The notes under the pieces: model-generated | Told to the model about the DNA's origin: nothing | The model's input: only the letters and a program-made list of their open reading frames with translations | Database searches by the model: none | Program-made: the position numbers and the translations under genes | Part shown: positions 20,359-31,305 of the stretch, piece after piece | Layout: each line of letters begins with the position of its first letter | How positions within the stretch are numbered: position 1 is the first letter of the stretch | Assembly: GCA_963806185.1 (NCBI GenBank) | Contig: CAWDXE010000007.1 | Span: 32,001-96,000 of the forward strand | From: an uncultured candidate division Zixibacteria bacterium | Lineage (GTDB): Bacteria > Zixibacteria > MSB-5A5 > GN15 > FEB-12 | DNA length: 64,000 nt | Direction: 5' to 3'

Positions 20359-21210
20359 ATGAAAAAGCTCCTGCTGATAACTGTAGCCGTCGGTTTGACC
20401 GCCGCACTGGCTATGTCCACCGGAAATATTACCGTCAAAGGCTCTGACACGTTGGTGCGCTTGGGACAGCGCTGGGCCGAGGAGTATATGAAGGCCAAGC
20501 CGGGCGCCGTGATCCAGGTGTCGGGCGGTGGCAGCGGAACCGGCATTGCCGCGCTGCTCAACGGTTCAACCGACGTCTGCGAATCATCGCGCGACATGAA
20601 GCCGAAAGAATACGAACTTGCCAGGACGAACAGGATTGAGCCGTATCGGGTCTCAGTGGCGCTTGATGGGATCGGTGTCTATCTCCATAAGGCGAATCCG
20701 GTGGACACGCTGTCCCTGGACCAGCTCAAGAAGATATATACAGGCGTCATCACCAACTGGAAGGAAGTAGGCGGGCTGGACAAGCGAATCATACTCTACG
20801 GCCGGGAAAACAACAGCGGCACCTATGCGTTTTTTAAAGAGCACGTGCTGAATGGTGAAGACTTCGCTGACGTCACACAGACGCTTCCCGGAACGGCGGC
20901 GGTTGTGCATGCGATTGCCAATGATCCGAATGGAGTCGGGTACGGCGGCGTGGCCTGGGCGACCACGATAAAAGATGCCGCCGTGAAGCGAACGGCCGAC
21001 TCAGTGGGCGTCAAGCCGACCGTTGAGACGGTTACGTCAGGAGCATACCCAATTTCACGCGAACTGTACTGGTTCTTTCGGGGCAAGCCGGACGGCGACC
21101 TGAGAGCGCTGTTGAATTGGGTGTTGTCGCCGGACGGTCAGAAGATAGCGACGGAGGTTGGCTATATCCCGTTGCCGGAGGACCTGGCCAAGAGGGGGAT
21201 GATTCAGTAA
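20359..21210 (+). CDS. pstS: Phosphate ABC transporter substrate-binding protein
   Basis: KGSDT, GGGSGTG, GRENNSGT. Confidence 0.95.
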   Translation: MKKLLLITVAVGLTAALAMSTGNITVKGSDTLVRLGQRWAEEYMKAKPGAVIQVSGGGSGTGIAALLNGSTDVCESSRDMKPKEYELARTNRIEPYRVSVALDGIGVYLHKANPVDTLSLDQLKKIYTGVITNWKEVGGLDKRIILYGRENNSGTYAFFKEHVLNGEDFADVTQTLPGTAAVVHAIANDPNGVGYGGVAWATTIKDAAVKRTADSVGVKPTVETVTSGAYPISRELYWFFRGKPDGDLRALLNWVLSPDGQKIATEVGYIPLPEDLAKRGMIQ

Positions 21211-21260
21211 TCCTGAACCGTTGAATCTGAGCGGCCGGCAGGAGCCTGAAGACAGAAGCA

Positions 21261-22220
21261 ATGACGCAATTTCAATTCAAGCCAAAGAACCGCCTGGTGG
21301 AGTTTCTCGGCGAGAAACTTCTGTCGTTAAACGCATGGGCGGCACTGCTGGCGATTCTGCTCATATTCATTTTCATCTTCAAGGAGACGATTCCCATCTT
21401 TACCGATGCCACGGTACAGGAAGAAGTGACCGTGGAGAAGATGGTGTTCAAGCAGGCGTGGAAAGAAGGGCAACAGCCCAAGTACAGTTGGCAGCCGAAT
21501 TCGGAAGTGCCGAAGTATTCGTTGCTCCCGTTGTTTGCAGGGACGATCAAAGTGGCGCTGATTGCCATGCTGTTTGCGGCCCCGCTCGGTGTGGGAGCGG
21601 CCATGTATTCGTCGGAGTTCGCCTCGCGGCGCATGCGCGAGATCATTAAGCCGGCGATTGAAATGCTGGCCGGGATTCCGTCGGTTGTCCTCGGCTTTTT
21701 TGCTCTGATCATTCTGGCCTCGGCCCTGCAGACTCTCTTTGGCTTCGAGTATCGACTCAATGCCGTCACGGCCGGCATTGCGCTCGGCATCGCGGTGATC
21801 CCGATTGTCTTCACGGTTACCGAGGATGCGCTCACGGCCGTGCCGCAGTCATTGCGCGACGCCGCGCTGGCGCTTGGGGCCAACCCGTGGCAGGTGTCTT
21901 TCACGATGGTTTTGCCGGCCGCACTGCCGGGCGTGGCCGCGAGTATCGTGCTCGGTTTTGGCCGCGCCATCGGTGAAACCATGATCGTACTCATGGCTTC
22001 CGGCAACGCGGCGATTCTCTCCTGGGCTTTATCGGACTCGATTCGAACTTTCTCGGCGACGGTCGCGGCGGAAATGGGCGAGGTGGTATTCGGCAGCGCC
22101 CACTACAATGTGTTGTTCCTGATAGGCACGCTGCTGTTTGTTTTCACCTTTATTGTCAACGTCGGCGCCCAGATCGTGCTGGATCGAGTCAAAGCACGAT
22201 TCCAAGGGAGGATGAAATGA
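21261..22220 (+). CDS. pstC: Phosphate ABC transporter permease
   Basis: LAGIPSVV, GRAIGETM. Confidence 0.95.
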   Translation: MTQFQFKPKNRLVEFLGEKLLSLNAWAALLAILLIFIFIFKETIPIFTDATVQEEVTVEKMVFKQAWKEGQQPKYSWQPNSEVPKYSLLPLFAGTIKVALIAMLFAAPLGVGAAMYSSEFASRRMREIIKPAIEMLAGIPSVVLGFFALIILASALQTLFGFEYRLNAVTAGIALGIAVIPIVFTVTEDALTAVPQSLRDAALALGANPWQVSFTMVLPAALPGVAASIVLGFGRAIGETMIVLMASGNAAILSWALSDSIRTFSATVAAEMGEVVFGSAHYNVLFLIGTLLFVFTFIVNVGAQIVLDRVKARFQGRMK

Positions 22221-23191
22221 GCGCCCCAGTGGTTGACGTGGTTGGTACGACGGAAGCAAATTTCGAGCAGAAATACGGCCCGATCGCCAAGGGGAGCGGG
22301 GTGATTCCGCGCGGGCTGACGTTTGCCGCCGTGTTGATCATTCTTGCCATGCTGGGCGTGATTTTGGTCAACGTCATATACGGCGGACTCGGGACCGTTA
22401 CGTGGGAATTCCTGTCGAAGCCGCCGGAGCAGGGAATGGAAGCCGGTGGTATCTTTCCCGCCATTTTCGGCACCTGCTTCCTGGTTATTCTAATGACCAT
22501 TTCCGTAGTGCCGATCGGCGTACTGACGGCAGTGTACCTTTCCGAGTACACTCGTCCGGACGCGTTCGGAACGCGCATGATTCGACTGGCCATCGCCAAT
22601 CTGGCAGGTGTGCCATCGATCGTTTTCGGCCTGTTCGGACTGGGCTTTTTCATCGGTTTTGTCGGCGAGGGAATGGACAGCCTGTTTTTTGACGCTTCGT
22701 CGGGCCCGGTCTGGGGGCAACCCGCCATCCTCTGGGCGGCGCTCACGCTGGCACTTCTGACGCTTCCAGTGGTAATCGTGTCGACCGAGGAAGCCCTGCG
22801 CACGATCCCGCGTGAGTTGAAAGAAGCGAGCTATGCGCTGGGGGCGACGAAGCTGCAGACGATTCGCCGCATCATCCTGCCCCAGGCGATGCCCGGTATC
22901 TTTACCGGCGGAATCCTGGCGGTGAGCCGGGGAGCCGGAGAGGTCGCACCGATTCTATTCACCGGCGCCGCCTATTATTTGCCGTATCTACCCGGCAAAC
23001 TCAACGATCAATTCATGGAATTGGGGTATCACATTTACGTGATGGCCACGCAGTCGCCTGACATCGAAAAGACCAAGCCGATTCTCTACGGCACCGTCCT
23101 GGTTTTGCTTGCCCTGACATTCCTGTTGAATTTTGTGGCCGTGTTGATTCGATCAAAGATGAGAAGGAGCAGAGTTCGTGGACACTCCTAA
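22217..23191 (+). CDS. pstA: Phosphate ABC transporter permease
   Basis: [29 protein letters not shown]. Confidence 0.95.
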   Translation: MSAPVVDVVGTTEANFEQKYGPIAKGSGVIPRGLTFAAVLIILAMLGVILVNVIYGGLGTVTWEFLSKPPEQGMEAGGIFPAIFGTCFLVILMTISVVPIGVLTAVYLSEYTRPDAFGTRMIRLAIANLAGVPSIVFGLFGLGFFIGFVGEGMDSLFFDASSGPVWGQPAILWAALTLALLTLPVVIVSTEEALRTIPRELKEASYALGATKLQTIRRIILPQAMPGIFTGGILAVSRGAGEVAPILFTGAAYYLPYLPGKLNDQFMELGYHIYVMATQSPDIEKTKPILYGTVLVLLALTFLLNFVAVLIRSKMRRSRVRGHS

Positions 23192-24017
23192 CACACCCCT
23201 CGGGAAAGTTGCCTGGGAGAATGGCCCAAGCGGCGCCGATACGTCTCATGCTCTTCCCGCGAGGCCGTTCAAGATGATCGCCCGGGAACTGAATTTTCAT
23301 TACGGCGCCCACCAGGCGCTTTATGACATCTCGATGGACATCCGCGAACATCAGGTGACAGCCCTGATTGGGCCGTCCGGCTGCGGCAAGTCGACCTTTC
23401 TGCGCACGCTCAACCGGATGAATGAAACGATTCCGGGGACTCGCCTGCAGGGAACGGTGCTGCTGGACGACAAAGATATCTATCGGGATTTCAAGGACAC
23501 CTCAACCGTCCGGACAAGGGTCGGGATGGTGTTTCAGAAGTCCAATCCATTTCCGAAATCGATATTCGAGAATGTGGCCTACGGCCTGCGCGTGAACGGC
23601 ATTTCGGACCGAGGTCTGATTGCCGAGGCCGTTGAGGACAGCCTGAAGCGGGCGTTTCTTTTTGATGAAGTCAAAGACAAGCTCCACAACAGCGCATACA
23701 TGCTGTCGGGTGGCCAGCAGCAGCGGCTCTGTATCGCGCGCGCGCTGGCGGTGCGGCCGGAGGTTGTGCTGATGGACGAGCCGGCGTCGGCGCTCGACCC
23801 GTTGTCGACGTCGAAGATCGAAGACCTGATCGCCGAACTGAAGAAACATTACACCATCGTGATCGTGACGCATAACATGCAACAGGCGGCGCGTGTCTCG
23901 GATTACACGGCGTTTTTCTTTGAGGGGCGGCTCATCGAATTTGGTGAGACGACCCAGATGTTTACCAAGCCCACGATCAAGAAGACAGAGGATTACATTA
24001 CCGGCCGGTTTGGATGA
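23178..24017 (+). CDS. pstB: Phosphate ABC transporter ATPase
   Basis: [31 protein letters not shown]. Confidence 0.96.
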   Translation: MDTPNTPLGKVAWENGPSGADTSHALPARPFKMIARELNFHYGAHQALYDISMDIREHQVTALIGPSGCGKSTFLRTLNRMNETIPGTRLQGTVLLDDKDIYRDFKDTSTVRTRVGMVFQKSNPFPKSIFENVAYGLRVNGISDRGLIAEAVEDSLKRAFLFDEVKDKLHNSAYMLSGGQQQRLCIARALAVRPEVVLMDEPASALDPLSTSKIEDLIAELKKHYTIVIVTHNMQQAARVSDYTAFFFEGRLIEFGETTQMFTKPTIKKTEDYITGRFG

Positions 24018-24047
24018 TCGGCCCGCCGGCAGTGACAAAGGAATAGC

Positions 24048-24713
24048 ATGTCCCGTCATTTACAGCATGAAATCGACAAACTGAAGAAGAAGATTCTCTC
24101 ACTCAGTGCCCAGGTCGAAGAGAACGTGCATCTCGCCGTCCGAGCCATCGCTCAGCGCGATGGCAAACTGGCGCGGCAGGTGATCGATGCCGACACCCTC
24201 GTCGACCAGGCCGAGGTGGAAGTCGAAGAGGAATGTCTCAAAGTGCTCGCCCTGCACCAGCCGGTGGCGGTCGACCTTCGTTTCATCATTGCCCTCCTGA
24301 AGATCAACAATGACCTGGAGCGAATTGGTGATCTGGCGGTCAATATTGCAGAACGAGCGACCACTCTGGCCGCGCAAACGCCGGTTGACGCGCCGTTTGA
24401 TTTTACCGGTATGGCGGAGATCGTAAAGTCGATGTTGCGGAAGAGCCTCGATGCGTTAGTCGGACTTGATTCGGAGATCGCCCGTTCGGTGGGGGCGGCC
24501 GACGATCAGGTCGACGAGATCAACCGGGGGATGTACCGGAAAGTCAAAGAGGGCATCCTGCAACATCCGGAGCATATTGACGCGTACATTGCTTTACTGT
24601 CCGTGTCGCGCCATCTGGAGAGGATTGCCGACCACACAACCAATATTGCCGAGGACGTGCTCTATCTGACCGAAGGAGAAATCGTGCGCCACGTATATGA
24701 AGCTCGCTCCTGA
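24048..24713 (+). CDS. phoU: Phosphate signalling protein PhoU
   Basis: QPVAVDLR, DLERIGD, HLERIADH. Confidence 0.95.
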   Translation: MSRHLQHEIDKLKKKILSLSAQVEENVHLAVRAIAQRDGKLARQVIDADTLVDQAEVEVEEECLKVLALHQPVAVDLRFIIALLKINNDLERIGDLAVNIAERATTLAAQTPVDAPFDFTGMAEIVKSMLRKSLDALVGLDSEIARSVGAADDQVDEINRGMYRKVKEGILQHPEHIDAYIALLSVSRHLERIADHTTNIAEDVLYLTEGEIVRHVYEARS

Positions 24714-24745
24714 GTCGCCAAGGTTTTTGTAGAGTTTTTCCCACT

Positions 24746-24773
24746 CGCCCTCCATACTGGAGGGCGTTTGTTT
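24746..24773 (+). terminator. Intrinsic terminator after phoU
   Basis: CGCCCTCCA-TAC-TGGAGGGCG followed by TTTGTTT. Confidence 0.65.
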
Positions 24774-24787
24774 AAAGAAGCAGTTAC

Positions 24788-26323
24788 GTGAAGAAGATGA
24801 ACATCCATACCCTGATAACACTGGTTTCGGTCGGCGGAATGACTGCGATGGCCGCGACGCCCGGTCAGCAATATGTGGTCGACGTGACACCGGCCTATGT
24901 CGTACCGGCAGGCGAAGGAGCCGAGCGGGGGAGTGTCAGCCCGGATGGTTCCCGGCTGGCCGCATGGATCAGCGTGGGTGAACGAGGGTATATCTGGTGT
25001 GACGGAACGCGCAGTCGCATGTGGGATGCGGTGCTCCTTCCTAAATTCAGCAGCGACAGCCGGCACGTGGCGTTCATTGGACTTGAGGAGAGCGGAGCGG
25101 GAAGTTATCAGTCGTATATCGTTTTCGATTCGATAACTATGGGGCCATTCAGTTATCTGGCCTTCGACAGGTACGGCACCGATGAACTGGTGTTTTCAAA
25201 AGACGGGAAGCACTTTGCCTTCCGCGCCTGGGAGGGGAAAAGCGCATATGTCATCGTTGACGGTCGGCGCGACGGACCGTACGGCGGAGTCGTCGGCCCG
25301 CCGCCGGAATTCAGTCCGGATGGCAGGCGGTTAGCTTACTTCGTTACCGACAGTGCGGGTAGCCGAGCAATCATCGACGGGCAGGCCGGCCGAACGTTTG
25401 CACGGACAGCCGCTATCGCCGGCTTCTCCGATGATTCGAAATCGTACGCCTATGTCGGCATTGCCAATGACAGCGCGTATTGGGTGATCCGTGACTCGTC
25501 GATGTTCGGACCCTACTGGCGGATGCTGGCGGCGACTTACCGGCCGGGGACACGCGAGCTCTGGTATAGCGCCGCGCGTGATTCCAGCGGGGGCGATTCC
25601 TTATATCAGGATGGTCGGGCGGTGGTCGGGTATCGACGCATTCGTGAGATCACTTTCAGTGACGATGGCAGTCGGATCGGGTATGTGGCGGGGGGAGGCG
25701 ACGGGCGTTCAATCGTCGTCATCGATTCTTCAAAGCAGGTGATGGCGGAGCGGGTGGAAGATCTGCAATTTGCAGCCAACGGTCGGCACTGTTCTTACCG
25801 CGAAGTGAATACTAACGATTCGTTGCATGTTCCGGTGACTCTGCACGTGGATGAGTACGCCTTCGGTCCGTTCGCCGAGATTTCACCGGCCGCATATTCA
25901 CCCGATGGGCGACAATTCTTATTTGTCGCGGTGGACACGAGTCGGTCGTACTTCGCGGTCGTCGACAGCAATCGGTTTGGCCCTTTCGATTCAGCCGCAG
26001 TGGTCGGTTGGAGTCGTGATTCACGGCACTATGCGTTCACGACAGCAGTAGGTGATACGGCGAGGATGTACCTCGACGGCGTCGCCGGGCCATCGTTTCG
26101 CCACGTCATGCGCCAGGTATGGAATGACACGCTTCACGGCAACGCCGCCTATATTGCCGACCCGGAAGCGAAAGGGATAACGCTCGTGGTAAACGATTCG
26201 GCGCTGGTGCCGCTCGATTATTTCTTTGGCGCGGCTCGCGGTTTCGGTGATGACGGCAGCCTGAGCGGCTACGGTCAGCGCGGTGACACGATCGTACGGT
26301 TCATCGTTCGCCCGGCCAAATGA
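24788..26323 (+). CDS. Secreted beta-propeller (WD40/TolB-like repeat) protein
   Basis: Repeated FSxDGxHxAF/Y blades after a signal-like N-terminus. Confidence 0.75.
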   Translation: MKKMNIHTLITLVSVGGMTAMAATPGQQYVVDVTPAYVVPAGEGAERGSVSPDGSRLAAWISVGERGYIWCDGTRSRMWDAVLLPKFSSDSRHVAFIGLEESGAGSYQSYIVFDSITMGPFSYLAFDRYGTDELVFSKDGKHFAFRAWEGKSAYVIVDGRRDGPYGGVVGPPPEFSPDGRRLAYFVTDSAGSRAIIDGQAGRTFARTAAIAGFSDDSKSYAYVGIANDSAYWVIRDSSMFGPYWRMLAATYRPGTRELWYSAARDSSGGDSLYQDGRAVVGYRRIREITFSDDGSRIGYVAGGGDGRSIVVIDSSKQVMAERVEDLQFAANGRHCSYREVNTNDSLHVPVTLHVDEYAFGPFAEISPAAYSPDGRQFLFVAVDTSRSYFAVVDSNRFGPFDSAAVVGWSRDSRHYAFTTAVGDTARMYLDGVAGPSFRHVMRQVWNDTLHGNAAYIADPEAKGITLVVNDSALVPLDYFFGAARGFGDDGSLSGYGQRGDTIVRFIVRPAK

Positions 26324-26398
26324 CCGCTTCGACTAGCCTCGGATAATCTCTGTAATCATCTTTGAGCGGAAGTGGATCTCGCCTGCCGGCCCTGTTGC

Positions 26399-27283
26399 CT
26401 ACCTGCTGTGGGCTACCAGATCAACCAGGCGGCGAATATGCTGTGGTGTCGTGCCGCAGCAACCGCCGATGAGGCGTACGCCAAGGGCCAGAAACTGTCG
26501 GGCGGCCAGAGCGAATTCGTCGGGTGAGTTGGCGTAGACAAGCCGACCCTCAACCAATGTTGGCAGCGACGCACTGGGCAGCGCCGATAGCGGCAATTTC
26601 GTTTTCGCCACCATCCGCTCGATGACCGGGATCATTAGGTGCGGACCGACAGAGCAATTGGCGCCGATCACCTCCACCGGTTGGGCGGAGAGGTACTCGA
26701 GGCAATGCTCGGGAGTGGTACCGAAGCTAGTGGTGAGTTCGGCGGTAAAGGTCATCTGCGCAACAATCGGCAGTGCCGATTGTCTGCGAATCGACTCGAT
26801 AGCCATGCCGATTTCAATCAGATCCGAAAAAGTCTCGACCATAAACAGGTCAACGCCTCCCTCGAGCAGGCCTTCGACCTGATGAGCATAAGCGTCGCGG
26901 ATCTGGTCGTGCCTGACAGGATCAAGGGGTGCGAGCGAGTTGCCGGTCGGGCCGATTGCGCCGGCGACGAAGATGTTGCGCCCGATCTCCTCACGGGCCT
27001 CGTGGACAAGGGAAGCTGCTGTTCGATTGATGATTTTCGTGCGGTCGGCCAGGCCGTGGACCTCGAGGCGGATCGTGTTGGCGCCGAAACTGTTTGTCTC
27101 GATCACGTCGGCGCCTGCCGCAATGTATTCGCGATGAATTGATCTGACCAGTTCGGGGGAGGTCAGACAGATCGAATCAATGGAAACATCAAAGCCAACC
27201 CCTCGGTCATACAACATCGTCCCCATGGCGCCGTCACAGACCAAGACCCGGCGCGCCAGCTCTTCGAGAAAGGTGCTTTTCAT
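26399..27283 (-). CDS. Homocysteine S-methyltransferase family protein (stand-alone domain)
   Basis: DGAMGT, GANCSVGP, GGCCGTTP zinc ligands. Confidence 0.9.
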   Translation of the reverse strand: MKSTFLEELARRVLVCDGAMGTMLYDRGVGFDVSIDSICLTSPELVRSIHREYIAAGADVIETNSFGANTIRLEVHGLADRTKIINRTAASLVHEAREEIGRNIFVAGAIGPTGNSLAPLDPVRHDQIRDAYAHQVEGLLEGGVDLFMVETFSDLIEIGMAIESIRRQSALPIVAQMTFTAELTTSFGTTPEHCLEYLSAQPVEVIGANCSVGPHLMIPVIERMVAKTKLPLSALPSASLPTLVEGRLVYANSPDEFALAARQFLALGVRLIGGCCGTTPQHIRRLVDLVAHSR

Positions 27284-27373
27284 TTACGGCTCACTAAGTG
27301 CGCGACGGAACGCTCTTGAAATGGCATCTCGCCGAATATCGAATCCGGCGATTCCCAGCCTCGGTTCCGGCTT

Positions 27374-29275
27374 TTACGGGCAACCGCAGGCGGATAGCGG
27401 GGCGAAGGTAATAAAGAGCGTATTGATCAGGGCGGTCAAGTCGCCGACATCCACACCGCCGACACCGTCAATGTTAGCCTCCTGCGGACAGCAAAGCGGC
27501 GTAAAAGTGATAAACAGGTTGTTGATGAGCGTGGTTAGGTCACCGATATCCACCGTCTGCGTAGCGTCGCAATCGGCATTGCCGACGTCGCCGATACAAC
27601 AGCATCCCGATTCACACTCGTCAGGAATGCCGTTAGCGTTGACGTCGAGCGAAGTACCGAAGGCAACGTCAGCGTCGTCGCGAATGCCGTTATCATTGCA
27701 GTCAGCCAGCACATTCCAGCTATAGGTCTCCTGTGGGGAAGCCAGGCGGATGAGCGGCGACGGATAGGTCACTTTCAGAGTCAGCACGCCGCTGGTTTTT
27801 CCCCGAGCCGCCATCATGTCGCCGGTAAACTGCAGGGTTGCCGCATGGGCGCCGGTTACCGCGGAGTCGCCAATAGTCCAGGAGTAAGCGGCCCCGGTGA
27901 TGGGCGACGGAATGATGCCGAACAACTTGCCGGTTGAGTTGACCAGATACGTGCCGGGGCCGCCGGAAAGCAGTACGGAGTCCGCGAAGCTGGTCAGGGC
28001 GAGATATTCCAGGACATGCTGCTCCTTGCAGATTGTGCAGAGAGGAACACTGAGCGTCTTCATGAGGCAGGTCCGCATCGGGCGGTAGATGCCGGTGGTG
28101 AGATAACGGGCTCCCTGGAAGGCGCCGACGACATTGTTGTAGGTCGAGTTGTCGGGGGTCGGCAATGGAGTCCCGGGTGCCACCCAGGCGTTCCACTTGA
28201 GCGAAGGACCGGAGAAATCGTAATCGACATTGGGCTCGCCGTCGCCCGGTGGAAATCCGGGGTAAGCGTCGGTGTATTCGTCGGCCAGGCCGCAGAATGT
28301 GTGTCCGGTCTCATGGAGGACAATCTCCGGTGCCAGCGAGTGTACCGAGGAGACGGCGATCGACCCGCCCGAGCCGCCGTAGGTGGTCGAGTTGACCATA
28401 ACGATGATGTAATCCCAGACTCCCGCACCAACGAGCGTATTGGCGGCACTGTACGCCCGGTTGTATCCTGTGCCATCGAGCGCGAGAAGGCGGGCAATGT
28501 TGTTGGTGTAGAACGATGAGTTGAGATAAGTGTCCTTGAACGTCCCCTGGGGATCGTTGTCCGACCCCTGCTGATTGCTTTCAACGTCGACGCGATAGAC
28601 GTTGGTACCGGCGAAGAGAATATCCCACGGCACCTTGCCGACGAAGGCATTGACCATTGTATTGGCTGCGGTGGTAAAGGACCCGGCGGTGAGGTTGGCC
28701 GCCGTATACCCGTCGCCCATGATCACGATTACCAAACGGTTGCCGTCGGGACCGGTGTTGCGAATTTTGGTGACGCCGACCGGTCCGGCGAGCGCGGCCG
28801 CGGCGGTAGAAATCCGTGATATCGGCAATGACTGCACCGACGGCTGAAACGCCGTGGGGAGTACCTGAGATGGCATGCCATGGTAGGCGATATCGCGACG
28901 TTCGAGTTTGAGGGTGGCGGGCTGTGCAGAGCGGTCATCCGGCCCCGCGACGCGAACGACAAAGACGCCGGATTCCGGGACGCTGGCGACGCAAGGGGTG
29001 TTGGTCTCAAATACCTGGCGGACGCCGATGGGGAGCTTGATATCTGATTGATAGAGCAGCTGACTTGCGGCATCCTGCCACTGGGCCGAGTAGGTGATTA
29101 CCGCCGGGGCTCCGGCGAGGCCGGGCGTAGACGGGGTTTTCTGCATGGGTGCAATCGGGGTGATCTCGTCGACGCGGAGGCCGGTCGGATCATAGGAGAA
29201 GGTCACCTGCCAGTAGGTTGTGGCAGAGAGGGACGACGCGAGGATAAACAGGCAAAGGAGAATTCGGACGAACAT
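27374..29275 (-). CDS. Secreted M64-family metallopeptidase with dockerin-like domain
   Basis: MGDGYT, YGGSG, HETGHTFCGLADEY, YRP..CLM..C..C; dockerin-like tail. Confidence 0.88.
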   Translation of the reverse strand: MFVRILLCLFILASSLSATTYWQVTFSYDPTGLRVDEITPIAPMQKTPSTPGLAGAPAVITYSAQWQDAASQLLYQSDIKLPIGVRQVFETNTPCVASVPESGVFVVRVAGPDDRSAQPATLKLERRDIAYHGMPSQVLPTAFQPSVQSLPISRISTAAAALAGPVGVTKIRNTGPDGNRLVIVIMGDGYTAANLTAGSFTTAANTMVNAFVGKVPWDILFAGTNVYRVDVESNQQGSDNDPQGTFKDTYLNSSFYTNNIARLLALDGTGYNRAYSAANTLVGAGVWDYIIVMVNSTTYGGSGGSIAVSSVHSLAPEIVLHETGHTFCGLADEYTDAYPGFPPGDGEPNVDYDFSGPSLKWNAWVAPGTPLPTPDNSTYNNVVGAFQGARYLTTGIYRPMRTCLMKTLSVPLCTICKEQHVLEYLALTSFADSVLLSGGPGTYLVNSTGKLFGIIPSPITGAAYSWTIGDSAVTGAHAATLQFTGDMMAARGKTSGVLTLKVTYPSPLIRLASPQETYSWNVLADCNDNGIRDDADVAFGTSLDVNANGIPDECESGCCCIGDVGNADCDATQTVDIGDLTTLINNLFITFTPLCCPQEANIDGVGGVDVGDLTALINTLFITFAPLSACGCP

Positions 29276-29424
29276 GTCAACCACCCCAGTTACAAGAGAC
29301 GCATATCAGGTACGCTCGGCGAGTATTGAAGGTAATATACGACAAATCCCGAATTGGTCAAGGCGGGGGATGGTGCGTCATGAGGGGCCGGTTGGCCCGT
29401 TGTCGTATCGTTTTATCGAGGCTG

Positions 29425-31083
29425 TCAGCATCCTCCGCAAATCGGCAAGGGAGTGAAGGTCATGAAAAGGTGCTCGATGAGGGCTGTTAAGTCGCCGATA
29501 TCGATGTTGCCTTGAAGGTCGCCATCGCAGTTTGCCTCACTAGGACAGGGAATAGGCTCGAAGGTGACAAACAAGTTGTTGATCAGCGCTGTGAGATCGC
29601 CGATATCGACGCCGTCATCAAAAGAGTTGTCGACGTTCCCCACGTCGCCGATGCAGCAGCCGCATGGGAACGGACGCAGATACGTGTAAAACCAGCTCGT
29701 TGCCGCAGAGAGGTTCTCTTCCAGATCTGTAAGAGTGCCGCTTCTTACGGTCGTCAACACCGACCAGCAGGTGAGTGTGTCGTCGCTTGAGAGCGTGTTG
29801 TTGAAAACGAAACTGGACACGGAAGAGAAGTCATGGATACCCGACTGGGATTGTAAACCAGGATTAGCCATCTCATTCCAATACCATGCCGCCTCGGCAT
29901 TTTCCGAGAGGGTATCGTACTTCATCACGCTGTCGGTAAACTGAATATAAGACCCGACTCCTTCATGCCGCACGACCCCTGAGCTTAAGAGACTATCAGA
30001 TACCGTATAGTAGCCGAGCATAACCTGTGCGCCGAAGCGGCCTGAATCGGGATTGCAGCCGGACACACTGCCGGAATCCAGTCCGTGCTGGTAGACGAAG
30101 CCGTCCAAGGAGACGCCGGTACGATTCAAGTTGTGGTTCGCTCCAAGATCGGACCAGATATCCCAGTCTATCGCCTGACCAATCGTCACGCCAGTAAAGG
30201 TACCGGGAGTCATTTTGAATACCTTCATCTGTTGGAATATGAAGTCGCAACTGTCGCCCCCGCCCGTTGGCGCGTAATAGTGAATATTGATCCCGATAGA
30301 GGTGTCTCTGTTGACCATTGTGCCAGTAAAGAAACTGTTGTAATACAATCCCGCAGAACTTCCAGCCGAGGTTCCGGCAATCGGTTTCCAAGCCTGGTCG
30401 GCTTCGAAGCCGTCCTGATAGAGGCCATTGGCGTATACGTAGTCGGAGCCATTCTTACGAATCACAATCGGCCCACCGTCAAACAGGTAGACGTCGGCTT
30501 CCGGATTGCACTCGCCAACCCCGGTAAAATCCATATTGACGCCCCCCTTGCCCATGCCGCCCAAATTGCCATGATTGTCGACCACGAGGCTCACTCCGCA
30601 AGTGACCAGTGTATCAAAGAACAAGCCGACTACGGTATCGGTGACCACATAGTCGATTATGTTGACATATGTCGATTCCACGGTGTTCCCGGGTGTATGC
30701 AACAGCACCCGCCCATTGAGCCACCAATTTGAGCCCGCTGTAAAATACGGTGTGGCCGTGATAGTCAGGGAGAACGAGTCTGAAGAGGTCGGCGGGATAG
30801 AGAGGGCGGTCGGCGATACCGACAGCCAGGACTCGGAAGAGTAATTGGTTTCGAGAGGCGTGATTGAGACAATCTCGAGTGCGATCGGCTCGGGGTTGGA
30901 TAGGCGTATCCAATGGGTGTTAGCGGAGCCGTAGTTTACGAATTGCGGATAGCCGAGAGTGGGGATAGGGCTGGGCCAATTTGAAGTCACGACTTCGTCG
31001 GTGGCGGTAGTGGCGGTCACGGGCCAGAGAAACAGACACAGAGCAGTCAGGAGAATTCTGGTGAATCGGTTTGTTGTTATCAT
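29425..31083 (-). CDS. Secreted hypothetical protein with dockerin-like domain
   Basis: Signal peptide, beta-rich body, CCIGDVGNVD...DIGDLTALI x2. Confidence 0.8.
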   Translation of the reverse strand: MITTNRFTRILLTALCLFLWPVTATTATDEVVTSNWPSPIPTLGYPQFVNYGSANTHWIRLSNPEPIALEIVSITPLETNYSSESWLSVSPTALSIPPTSSDSFSLTITATPYFTAGSNWWLNGRVLLHTPGNTVESTYVNIIDYVVTDTVVGLFFDTLVTCGVSLVVDNHGNLGGMGKGGVNMDFTGVGECNPEADVYLFDGGPIVIRKNGSDYVYANGLYQDGFEADQAWKPIAGTSAGSSAGLYYNSFFTGTMVNRDTSIGINIHYYAPTGGGDSCDFIFQQMKVFKMTPGTFTGVTIGQAIDWDIWSDLGANHNLNRTGVSLDGFVYQHGLDSGSVSGCNPDSGRFGAQVMLGYYTVSDSLLSSGVVRHEGVGSYIQFTDSVMKYDTLSENAEAAWYWNEMANPGLQSQSGIHDFSSVSSFVFNNTLSSDDTLTCWSVLTTVRSGTLTDLEENLSAATSWFYTYLRPFPCGCCIGDVGNVDNSFDDGVDIGDLTALINNLFVTFEPIPCPSEANCDGDLQGNIDIGDLTALIEHLFMTFTPLPICGGC

Positions 31084-31305
31084 GACGCGCTCCGCATGCA
31101 TCGAGTTACTACAGCAATCTCATTGATAATCTACGTTCTGACCCACAATCATGCAAGACTTTCCCGGACTGTCGGGTAACGGGGATGAATTTCCTCGCCG
31201 AACGGTCTTGACACCCACGGAGGTCGGGGATATACTGATCGTACACGGGCAGCGCGCTCCATGTTGCGCACATAGTCCGGAACTGCGAGATAAAGGAGAT
31301 GACGT

